From Epiperipatus broadwayi (Eukaryota; Animalia; Onychophora): DNA of 64,000 bases. Under the pieces are notes generated by a model. It was not told the DNA's origin. It did not search any database and saw only the letters and a program-made list of their open reading frames with translations. The stretch lies in contig JAQFVV010000004.1 of the NCBI GenBank assembly GCA_028023455.1, forward strand, positions 6,820,001 to 6,884,000. Direction: 5' to 3'. The translations under genes and the position numbers were made by a program. Below are positions 51,428 through 63,180 of the stretch, piece by piece; positions within the stretch are counted from its first letter, which is position 1, and every line of letters begins with the position of its first letter.

Positions 51428-52023
51428 TACTAGACTATTCACATTGCTCATAAAATTTTAACTATTATTTTCAAACATTGATTTCAAATTGATCTGACAT
51501 GAATTAATACAAATTTTACTTCACTTTTTAAAAACATGGCACATCCATTACAGCAAAAAATTTAAAATGATCAAATATTTTTAATAGATGGGTTGAGTGG
51601 TTTTACAAATATATGCTATACTAACTTATTACTCTTTTGTGGTTACCAATGATTACAAATGCTTTTCATACAAAAAACAATATTGACATATTGAATTTAC
51701 TAGATACCATCAAAATTTGCAAAAAGCAAAAAAAAAAAAAAAAATGAGGGGAGTATCTGTTGCAGTATAGGTACTTCAAAATCTAGTCTACTACAAAAAC
51801 ATTTAACATGTTATAAACATTTCTATCAATTTTAATACCCCAACACTTCTTTATTATATTACATTATTTATGATTCTATATATTTTGCTTTCAGATGACA
51901 CTTTCTAGTGATAATGATGGAATAATCTAAAGACTTCCAGTTGTATCTTAGAACTATTTTTTTTTTCATTGTTCTAAAAGAAGACCCATCCTTCCATGAA
52001 TATCATGAATAAATAATAAACCT

Positions 52024-52885
52024 AAGTGATGGACAAACTACAGCTTGTAGACCACAATAATTTGTGTGGGCATGCATAAATGTAAGATTTTTTTTTTTAA
52101 TTTTATGGCAGAAAAAGTTTTATGCAAAAAAGACTTAAAAATTTTATCCGAACAAATTTTATCCAATACCCTTTTTCATAAAATCACATCAAATAACTTA
52201 CCACAAAAATATTTATTATAATAATCTTCAGTATATCTCAAAAACAATGTATTCTATTGAAAAATACTTTAAACAAAACTTATTAAAAGTTTGCAATTCT
52301 CAGTAATTTTTATAAAAAAAATTTCATAAAATACATCCTAATGAAGTATTGCAAGTTCTGTGGATTATTAAATGTAATTTGAAAATAATGAATTTATGAA
52401 AATTGTTCATATAAAAATGTCTAAAATTTTGGATCTGAACATTATTTGCCAAAAACTTTTTTTTGCTTGTAAATAATTTTTCAAGTTATTGGTAAATTCT
52501 TCAAATAAGAAGTTCCCACAAATGCATATTGTTGCCCAACAAATATTCTAAGTTAGGCCACAAATACTGAAGCAGCAAAATTTCATTAAAAAATTTGGTT
52601 CATTCTCAGGTTATTGAGGGAACAAAATTTGATCACAAACAAACAAAACACATGCACACACACACACCGTTTCTATGCCAGATATCATCCTAAAACTATC
52701 TGAAACAGATTTTATAAGCTTTATTTTGTAAAAATTTCATAAAAATAATGTTTTTCAGCATGGTTGCAATATTTTCCTCTACGATGAGTACTTTGTGTAT
52801 CAGAAAGGAAAAACAATTTTTTGCATGACTTAGAAACCTTATAGAAATCCATGTGGCTAGTGGTCAGAAAAATTTGTCATCCCTG
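52024..52885. mobile_element. Old Charlie-like hAT MITE
   Basis: Ends agtgatggacaaact / aatttgtcatccctg with decayed subterminal motifs; no TSD recovered. Confidence 0.45.
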
Positions 52886-55579
52886 ACATAATATATACAT
52901 TATTTCTATAATTTAACATAAGTTTCAACAGACTCGTACCTAATATAAATTGGGGTGATCATAAAATTTTGCCTAAAATAAATGATGAATATAATGCTCT
53001 TTCTATAATTTTTCTGGTAATTTATGTTTTTTTTTTTTAAATTCTTTGAAAAACTGAAAGAATTATAATTCCTAATAATTTTTTTATAACTTTCTTAAAT
53101 GAATTTTGTCAACACAAGTTATCTATCTCCTGAAGTTTTTTCATTCTTCATGGTTTTAGTAATATTTTTTATTTCATCATTTAAAATATAAATATTTTAA
53201 CTTCTTTTGTTGTTATTGTGTGGAGTATGTTTGTTTTAAATATTAATTATTATTGTATATATAGTTCTCTTTAGAAATCTTCCACATTCTCATTTTTTAG
53301 TAATCATTCCATCTTCTCTTTTTTATTGCTGGAAATAATTTTTCTACCAATATCAAACGATATTTTATATATTTGAGATATTTGTTTTCTATAGCCTTTC
53401 CTTACCATTTCAAAATTATATTTTTTGGTCATTTTTCTTTTCTGTACTATTTAATAGAATTTTGAAAATGTTTTAAATTATTTTCATATTTATCTATTAT
53501 TTTATTCTCATCTCTAAACATATTCATAAGATGGTAATTAAAAATTTTCTATTTATGCATATCTCAAACATACTAATCTATAAAATTTTAAAAAAGGCAT
53601 CTTTAAAAAATAATAACAACAACCTATCTCCACAATACTGCCATCTCACAACTTTACAAATAAATAGAAAATACTCTCTGTCTACTCGTATAAGATTGTG
53701 AATAGACTATAACAGCACTGTAATACTAGGAATGAATACTTAAATATGTCAAAAATAATACAGTGACGATATTAATAAACTTTCTATTTTCAATTTATAA
53801 CATAATGTTAATTGCTACTGTTTTTTAAACTTTACAAAACATTTTACTTAGGCAGCAAACAAATCAATGCTAGACAGGAACATTTATTAAGCAATAAATG
53901 GGTGGGAAAAAAGTATATTTTTTTCTGTCATTTTGTAAATATAGGTAGTACTAGGGGCATGGAAATGTATATTATGGATAATATTTATTACTTAATAATG
54001 ATGCTCATCTAGCATTATGTGTTGATAGGATTATTATTTGTTTAAATGTTTTATAAAGTTTTAAAAGCAATATTGACAATAGAAAATCTATCAACTTTAC
54101 TATTGTAATATTATCAATATATTTAAATATTCAGTCCTATATATTACAGTTCTGCAGTTAAATAAAGCTGCATTAAATCTTGCTACAATTAAAACTAAAA
54201 CATATTAAATTTTTAAATAAATATCATTAACTAGATAGAATTCATTAGTTATTTTGCCTTTCATAATTTAAAGGTGTATTTTAGAATAGTGGCAGAATTA
54301 AAGAACGAAGAATTAAAAAATGCTATCCAAATTCTTGGCTGAGGAGGAAAAGTCAGTTTGGTCAATTGAGCAGAATAAAATATGATCAATTTGCCACTTC
54401 AGCACTTGGATGTCATATAATCTCCTGAGCAAATAACTATATTATTTTTCTATTAATGAGCAATCAATATGGGCATGAAGATTCTTATGTTTGAAACTTC
54501 TAGTTCACTTGATAAGTAAATATTATCAATGAGGGACATGCATAGTCAGAGGAAATAATCTGAGTTCTGCACTGGTGAATGACTGAGATGAAGAATGCAC
54601 TCATAAAAACCAAAAGAAAAAACAAAAACACATGAATTCGATTGCAGTAAAGAAAGCATGAATGGCTTGTATAAAAAACATCATTAGTTTCTATGACAAT
54701 GCGATTTGAATTGGATAACAATAATCTTTACATTCTAAAATTAAATCTATGCTAATTCTGATAAAACAAACAATCAATAGATCACAAAACAAATTGCCCC
54801 CCATAATTGATTTTATGGATTTCATTGGTAAAACTGTTAATAGTAAGATTTCCTTTAATTATTATGCTATATTATTACATTTTAAATTCAATAAATCATA
54901 AGTTGCCTCTAGGCACTGTGTCTATATATATACAAGTAGCGCATTCAGATATGAGGCCACATAAAAAATAGTTGAAATCAGCGATAAAATTCTTTCCTTA
55001 CTAAAAAAAAAAGCTGCAGACCAACTATTTACTTTTACACAATATGCTGTATTATAATTTATTTTTTGCTTTTATAATTACATGCTAGTATAATATCAAT
55101 TTTTACGACATATAATCAGAAAATAGGACAATAATTCTAAAACAAACTTTAATTAATGATATAGACAAGTCAATAGCATTTAAAAAATTATGTTTCTAAA
55201 TTTTGCTATTAGTTTCTGCCAGTCTTATTTTTAAAAGTATAATTTAAAATATTCAAAATGTGACAGAACACATATGTTATATTTTACAGCTGTTACAGAG
55301 AACCCATTCTTTTACTATCTAAAAAAAAAAAAAGTTAAAAAGATGCACCAAGGGCTAACAAATTCAAATTTAGCCATTAAATAAGTGTTTAAAAAAAAGG
55401 CTGTAAAATATATCTTAGTCTTATTACTATCATAATTAATTAATACATTTCTATTGTAATTTATACTTTAAATTCAACAGTAAACTAATTTACTGAAGTA
55501 AATATAAATATGTCTCTAATAAATAGTGTGAGTGTGTGTGGGGGGGGAATCAATAAAGCAATGTTTTCATATAAAAATG

Positions 55580-55788
55580 CAATAAACCTTTAAGCACGTG
55601 CGCTTGAAAATACGAAGGTAGGGACCTCTACAGGTCTTAACCGCAACCACTCTTTTCATCCAAAGAGTAAGCTTGTGGTTAAGACCTGTAGAGGTCCCTA
55701 CCTTCGTATTTTCAAGCACACGTGCTTAAAGGTTTATTGCCTTAATAAATATTACTTACGTAATCAATTTGCGTTAAATAAATTTATA
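55580..55788 (+). mobile_element. Family C hairpin retroelement
   Basis: 11-bp TSD atataaaaatg (55569-55579, 55789-55799); ~65-bp near-perfect arms; 49-nt tail 55740-55788. Confidence 0.92.
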
Positions 55789-56129
55789 ATATAAAAATGA
55801 AAATCTTTCACAAATTGAAATTAAAATATGACCTACATTAAATTTACTATAAAATAATAATAAAAAGGTAGATCTCTAGCATTTTTAATTTAATTTCAAC
55901 AATAACAAATGCAGCCTTTTAGTGTAATATATTCATTCATTATAGTAAAAGCTTATTTTTATTGAATAGAATCAATAATAAAATTACAAAGTTATTCACA
56001 TTAAATTGCATTAGAAAACAAATTCTTTATAAAGACCAAAAATAAAATAAAAAACTATGAAATAATTTATGTTCAGACTTCATTTACGATTTTGTTTGAC
56101 TTAGTAATTACAGTTTATGTATTACATTT

Positions 56130-56232
56130 TTTGTCTCATGTGTCATAGCATCAGTCGGGAAGCGAATCCGCTAGCCCGGGCCAACTGCTTGTAAAGCAGC
56201 TGTCGCTGACCTCTCAACCACCAATGCTTGAC
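56130..56232 (-). mobile_element. tRNA-derived SINE
   Basis: TSD ttatgtattacattt / ttatatattacattt. Confidence 0.88.
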
Positions 56233-56436
56233 TTATATATTACATTTCTAAAAAAAATTGTCCTGAAAAACAGAACAACAAACAAAAAAGAGACTAAAAA
56301 TACATGAGGTGAAACAATTTTGTTAAAAGATAAGGTGAAAATTACTTATTAATCATTTCCAGGAAATGACATTTTGACATAATCCAAGTAAAACCAATAA
56401 ATTATTTTTACTTCAATAAAAAATTATGAATAAATA

Positions 56437-56544
56437 TTTTTTTTTTCTTTTTTTTTTCATATGTCATAGCATTGGTCAGGAGGCGAAACCAGCAACAATC
56501 GTCTGCAATCAACTGCTTGCTTACAAGGCTGCTGCGCTGACCTA
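56437..56544 (-). mobile_element. tRNA-derived SINE (long anticodon-arm subfamily)
   Basis: Family match, long poly(A). Confidence 0.88.
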
Positions 56545-56837
56545 TCGGCTAACAACACTTGATTAGTCATTTTTACACAATTTTTAAATGATCAAGATCT
56601 AACACTAAAAATGACAAGTAACTTTGGATTGTCAGAAAATTATAGGCTGATTCCAATACTTATAATGCATTGCTAAGAAAGACGACTGAGTAGATAAAAA
56701 AATTATATATATATATTGTGAAAATGTGTAAATAATATGTAACACCATGTTCCATCATATAAAAGTCTGACTTTCAAGAAATTGTTATGGAAACTTTTGT
56801 GATAAAATGCTACTACTAGCACTCAAAATAAAATAGA

Positions 56838-56937
56838 AGTCAAGCGTTAGTGGTTGAGTGGTCAGCACAGCTGTCTTACAAGTAGTTGTTCTGGGTTCAC
56901 TTCCCAGCTGATGCTTTGAAACATTAAAAAATAAAAT
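56838..56937 (+). mobile_element. tRNA-derived SINE (short subfamily)
   Basis: agtcaagcgttagtggttgagtgg...gggttcacttccc...A-rich tail. Confidence 0.87.
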
Positions 56938-57049
56938 AAAGGATATAAAAAGTGGCATCATTCCAAGTCCATAGACTCACTAATAAATAAGAACATCAAA
57001 ACATTTTGCAGATAGTGCTTCATACCTTCAGAGACTGTTGCAAAAGATA

Positions 57050-57907
57050 AATCTAAAAAGACTAAAACAATGTTCCATGGATTTTTTTCAAAATAAGAAA
57101 ATAAAGATTGATAATTATAAAGTAGAAAAAATTAACAGCTACAAATACCTTGATCACATTATTAATACAGATAGAAATATATTGAATGAAATTAGTTGTA
57201 GGATTAAATTTGAATAGAATGATTTCGATAAAAATAACTTAATGTTAAAATGAAATATGCATATGTATTTAAAAAGGACAGTTTTAATAGATGTATTTTA
57301 CCACTTCTTACGTATGAATCAGAGACCTGGACACATTACACAAAAGCAATATGAGACTTTACACCATTCAATGAAGTATGAAAGATGTATATGAGGAGTA
57401 ACAAACAAGAAAGGATCAAAAAGAAAATACATGAGTGAGAGAACAAACAGGTATTATTGATATCATTGAAAGAATTAAAAGAAAAAGTGGAGTTGGATTG
57501 GACATTTTGCTAGAAGACATGATCATAGATGGACAATTGAAATCTTAAACTGGATTCCAAAAGATTGTATAAATTTAGAAAGAGATGATATAGTTTTAAC
57601 AAGGCTGTAAACCTTAGCAATGAGCGTCTGAAAAAATCGTCACTAGGGACCTCTGTAGGTCTTTAAAACACATGATGATTTTTTCAGACGCTCATTGCTA
57701 AGGTTTACAGCCTTGTTAAAACTATTACTGAAATAATAGTGAGCGTTTAATAAAATTTATAAAGAGATGATATGTAAGATGAATGAAATAAATAAAGAAG
57801 TTTGCTGGTATGTTGTGGAGAAGACCAGCTAGATATTGTAGAATCTGGATTAAACTGGGAGAGACATTCATCTTATAGTGGATTGATAATGGTTGAAAAT
57901 GATGATG
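57050..57907 (+). mobile_element. RTE LINE 3' fragment interrupted by a family D hairpin
   Basis: Aligns to 1080-1743; (GAT)n end. Confidence 0.9.
57592..57760 (+). mobile_element. Family D (C-related) hairpin retroelement nested in RTE
   Basis: Perfect ~47-bp arms; 37-nt tail ending taaaatttat; 13-bp TSD aaagagatgatat (57579-57591, 57761-57773). Confidence 0.92.
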
Positions 57908-58019
57908 GTTTAAAATTTGTATATGTATATACACTATTGCCAAATCAATTATATATAATAAAATTGTTAAAAAGTAAATTTAAAAATAATATTAGTCCTA
58001 TTTTCCAAACTTTAGACCA

Positions 58020-58427
58020 ATTTTCCTGAAGGTTTGTGATGATGGTGTTTATATTGGATTATTTCCATCATCTAATATGCATTAAATGTCTTTAGAAAAA
58101 TTTAACTTTATTTAAATATTCCAAATACATTCAACTATTAGTAATAGCACATCAAACAGGTTAGTATATGCAATGTTTTGAGAGGTATTAGTCTCCACTC
58201 TTCTTCAGGTATTGCTGGCATGACCAGTGACAGTACTAGCATGGGATTCAAACCTGAGTCCTTAGATTCCTGAGTATTGAATTTTAAGGTAACACTCTAA
58301 CCAACTGAGCCATCCTGCCAAAGGCAACAATCTGTAGTAATTTCATATACTTATCTATGAGGTTAAATTTTTCTAAAGACATTCAATACATATATTAGAT
58401 GATGGAAATAGTCCAATATAAAAATAC
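58020..58427 (-). mobile_element. Family E: tRNA-like head, hammerhead-like motif and inverted arms
   Basis: 10-bp TSD ctttagacca (58010-58019, 58428-58437); ~65-bp inverted arms (58045-58110, 58359-58427); A box TGGCTCAGTTGG (58312-58301), B box GGTTTGAATCCC (58254-58243); CCTGAAGAAGAG..CTC-AAAAC (58209-58175). Confidence 0.75.
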
Positions 58428-58880
58428 CTTTAGACCACAATGAAAATTTATTACAAACATATGGATCAATCTTTAAATAGAAAAAAAAAAATGTGGCAAT
58501 AATTTACTTTTGCAAGTAAACTAAACGTTTTACAATTTAAATTTTTTTCACTTTAAATATCAATTTATGACTACTTTTTGGTATTTTTTTTTTAAATATA
58601 TATTTTGAAACTTCCAAATTCTTATTTTCATTTTTTTTTTTTCAAATGCTAATTTTCCAAATATTGGGAGTGGGAGGAAGGATTAAATTTATATTTGTTA
58701 AACTACATTTGGAAGAAATTCACAACATATTTTCTTTTCTAAAACTATAATAAAATCTCTTAAGTTTAAAAAATTTAAATAAAATTTACTGTTTATTTTG
58801 ACAAATTATAACAATGCAGTTGAAATTGCTATTAAATAATGCTTTGTATTTTTTATTTGAAGGTTGAAAAACGTAATTTT

Positions 58881-58976
58881 TTTATTTATCATGTGTCAAA
58901 GCATCAGCTGGGAAGCAAACCCAGGACAATTGCTTGTAAGGCAGCTGTGCTAACCACTCGGCCACCAACGCTTGAT
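58881..58976 (-). mobile_element. tRNA-derived SINE (short subfamily)
   Basis: 8-bp TSD gtaatttt (58873-58880, 58977-58984). Confidence 0.87.
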
Positions 58977-61900
58977 GTAATTTTAACTATAAAAGCCCCA
59001 ATTCTATAACAATTGTAATTTAAGAGAATATGAAAAAAAGACATATTTAGAATTACAAAAAAAAAAAATGGCAATAACAAAATAATAATATAAAACAAAA
59101 AAAGATTAAGTATAATACTGAATAAAAAAGTTTACAATGGCTATACAGCATGATTAAAGAATTAATTAAAAAAAGAATGTAATAGAATTCCAAACTATAT
59201 TTCCTAACAATAAAAATATTGCTATTGGATTGGTATATAACAAACAATAAATTCTATGATTGCTCTATCTTATAGACTTAATATATTTTGTATGTGACTT
59301 TGCCATTCTAGAACCAATTCTGCAAATACATGCAAAAATGAACATTAGATGACAGCACACTGTAATTTCTAGGAGGATGAACAGATTTCTAGACATATAG
59401 CTTAAGCAAAAAAATTTTTGACTTCATCAAAGAAAAGTGTTTTACATCACTTCACATAGGTTACTGGGTTAATAGCTATCTTTTATGAGAAAGCAATTAT
59501 TCAACTTGACAATCTGTTGGATGTCTATTTAACATCTATTAATTGAAGTATAGAGTTAAGAAGACAGATATCACTGATATCAAAAGCAGATTAAATGTGA
59601 AATAGAAAATTATATATCCTTTTTAGTTTACAAATGAGTTTCCAAATATAATTAATCTAAGATCAGGGTTATATGTACATGTAAATGTAAAGCTTGTAAA
59701 AGGAATAGAATCTTCACATGTGCTATTAGATTGGTATATTAAATTTACATGTACTCACCCATCAATACATGTTTTAAATGCATAATAAATCACTTATCCT
59801 TAGAGCTTATAGACCATGCTTAAATGAGGACTTGGTCTTATTATGAGCCTGATATTTCAATTGAAAAATTATTTGTACAAATTTAGTTTATATATTTCAA
59901 GAAAGAGAAAGTTTCTCATTTTTAACTACCTACAACTTGTAAATTTAATATATCAATAATAAGTGTGAAGATTCCTTTCAGAAGATTTACATATATATAA
60001 ATTAATAAATTATTTATTTCTTACATATATACATAACATCCACCCCTAACAGGTGAAAAATTCAAATCCTTAGAAAATAAATCATTCTACTTACATTCTT
60101 ATAGAAATGATTTTAAAAGAGAGAAAAATAGAATCACTATATAATGGATAGTGATAAAAATTTGTGGAAGCAAATAGTAGATGATATATATATATATTGA
60201 GATGGTTATGTGTCTCATAGCATACAGCCACATAGTAGTATGTGCGCACACATATATATATAAAATTAAAAGGAAAAGTAGAAAAAAACACAAACAAAAT
60301 TTTTCTGTACATATTTTTTATATTGTACTGGAATAACAGTAAGGATTAAATAGTCTTGAATTTAAATTTTTTTTATTATAAATTAAACATTTAAAAATAT
60401 CTAATTAATATTTTATTAATTCTGCTTTTGAAATTAATAACAAACATGTTTTTATATTACAATAGAAAATTTCACTATATTTTGATTAGCAAAATTTTTT
60501 AAATTAAGTGTAACATATTTTGGTAAAAATTCTGCAGTTGTTTTTCAAACCATTAAGATAAATTGAAAAGTCTTTAACTTCTTTCAATCAAGACAGGGAA
60601 ATTTTATTTTTAATTACTATATCCCCTCCAATTATAAAAAAAGTTGGAAAGAAGATTAGGGGGAGTTTTTTAAAGTTTTAGAGTTATAGAGAGTTACTAT
60701 GAAGTCATAATTGAAGGCAGTGCAAATCTAACTGCTGCTACTAGTTTGGATTTACATGAAAATAAAGAGCCTGCTTTTGTGTTTTCCATAGCTCACATTA
60801 TGGACTAGGTGGCTGGCTTGCCTGAAGTTCATCAAATGATAGAAACTAAATGGAGTTGATTGAGTGTAACAGTTACCTGGATTATATCTTTCCCAAAGAT
60901 AAAAATAAGTCAGTCTACTGTATAGAGGGAACAGCTTATCAAGAGACCATCAGCTTGCTGAAGAATTAGTTTATATGTATATTATTTAATTTATATGCAG
61001 ATAAAGGTACTGTGTCATATATATATATAAAGTACAGCTGGTGAATAGATATATATTGAGGATAATATTTTAAATAATTTCTAAAAATGACATTTAAAAT
61101 TTCTAATTAACAAATTTTGAAAGTAAATGACTTTGTCAACTAAAAATAAAATAAGGAAAGAAAATAATAAATGATATGTGTGTCTATTGCTGATATCGTT
61201 TAAAAAAAAAGAAGGAAAACTTGAATATTTTTTTGTTTAAATATTGAAACAGAGGCCACAAGAACCTGAATTTTAAATGAAACTTTCCAAATGACAATAG
61301 TTTTTTTTTCTTTTTTTTTTAAAAAACTTTTACTTATCATAAAAAAAAAGGCTAATAAATAGCTTTAATTCACATCATATATATATTTACACACATCATG
61401 TGTGCATTGATGTGTTATTAAAAATAAATTGAATTTTTTTATATGTCTATGAGAATTTGAATATGTGAATTTATATATATTTTCAACATGGAATTAACTG
61501 TGGAAAATATAATATTTTAATGTCTATTATTTTAACAAATTAAACTATCATATGATATAAATGTCAGTGTCCACACACATTTCCATGAGTACTCACATAT
61601 ATATGTGAAAAAAGTCATTATTTATGTATCATTAAAATGTGTTAATTTTATTATTATTATTATTATTATTATTATATGTTACAACACATCTAGAAGCATG
61701 TCAGGTAGACATATATATTAAAATTAATCATATTTTTATTGTATAATTCAAATATGTTCATAAACTATTATGCCACATGTCTGTGTGCTTATGTGTTTTA
61801 TATAGACATATTTGTAAATTACGTGATTTCTTTTTGAATTGATCAAAATCAGAAGGCTTAATTTATATATAGCCATATTCAGCAGACCTTAATTTCATTT

Positions 61901-62560
61901 TATTTGTTATTAATACATTGATATTTCATTGCTAACATTATTCCAGTGAATTTACTCAATCCTAAATAGTTTTAGAATATTATATGTTAAGATTATATAT
62001 CTTGTTCACAGTAACAATTATAGAGGCTCCTGAGCTATATTCATACATAATAGTCTATTATATAAAAGTGGTTTATATTCAATGTTTATGGACATCCAGT
62101 TGATAATGATTCTGGATTGGCACAAAGAGGATATTCTTTAAAGTCCATGTACTACATTTTTAGTTTAGTATTTATTAAAAATTAAGTTTATAGTTGGGCC
62201 AGTACATTAAAGGTACTAAGTGGCCAGAAAATTGATGATGATCAGCATATTTTGGTATCCTAGTATTATTGCTTTTATTGTCATATATTCTGATAGATTA
62301 GCAATTAAGTTTCTGCATCCAAATTAATGTTTAAATAATCTGCACCAAGTTGGCAAGGGCTAAATAATTAGCCTGGTCTATAATAGAATGATTTCAAATC
62401 TAGTCACAAGATTGACTATTAAGTGTTAATGTTGATCATTCATGGTGGTGAATGATTATTGCTCTTGTATAATGCTGGGTGAACTTATATTTACTTATAC
62501 TTATTTATAGTGGTAGTTTTGATCTCTCCTGCTCATTATATTCATTGTTCATTCCTTATC

Positions 62561-63180
62561 ATTTATATTTAATTTTTATAATTGGTCTGAATCATAATCT
62601 CCTATACACATATATAATCATTGCTCAATTCTATAATAAGATAGTGTAATTTATCTGTGCTTTACGCAAAAAGTGAAGCTTGCAAAGTATTATTAAAAGT
62701 TATATGGCTAAGCGCTTTCAAAGAACTTAAGTCTCCATATTCATAGCCTACATTAATTGAAGTTATTCAAATTTTCTTTCATAATGACCATTTTCTGGAG
62801 ATTGCAAAGCATGATTCCTTTGCAAGCTTCACTTTTTTGCGTAAAGTGCAGGTAAATTACTTACTACTCAAAGGTGAAGTAGAAAACTAGTATTTTATTT
62901 CAATAAGATCGTGTGTAGATTTGCTATCTTAATATAGAACTGAGCACTGATTGTATATATGTGTGGGAAATGGTGATCCGGACCAACTGATGAGTGCTGG
63001 TTCAGCATGATATACTTATATTGGAGATCGTTTAACTTTTTCAAATGTATGTGGTCATGTGTATTGGATATATAGTATAGAGTGGATGACTGTAGGGAAC
63101 TTGGAAGTCTGGGTTCAAATCTTCATTAATTATATATATATATAATCATTAAAACCATCAAACAAATACAATCCGAATAT
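62561..63180 (+). mobile_element. Family B-related (B') old inverted element with a different upstream module
   Basis: Inverted arms 62561-62687 and 62818-62990; hammerhead-like CCAA-CTGATGA-GTGCTG gtt CAGCAT-GATA-TACTTA-TA/TTGG (62983-63024); A/B-box-like tagtatagagtgg and gggttcaaatc downstream. Confidence 0.75.

Noticed and set aside
9411-58427. Calling the palindromic repeats MITEs or pre-miRNAs
   Set aside because: One arm always has an extra tail, the apex varies between copies and TSDs vary from 9 to 14 bp, unlike the true MITEs here (fixed TA or 8-bp TSD).
18134-58976. SINE copies as functional tRNA genes or twister ribozymes (TTACAAGC/TTGCAAGC loop)
   Set aside because: Poly(A) tails, TSDs and aberrant arms indicate SINEs; twister pseudoknot partners are absent.
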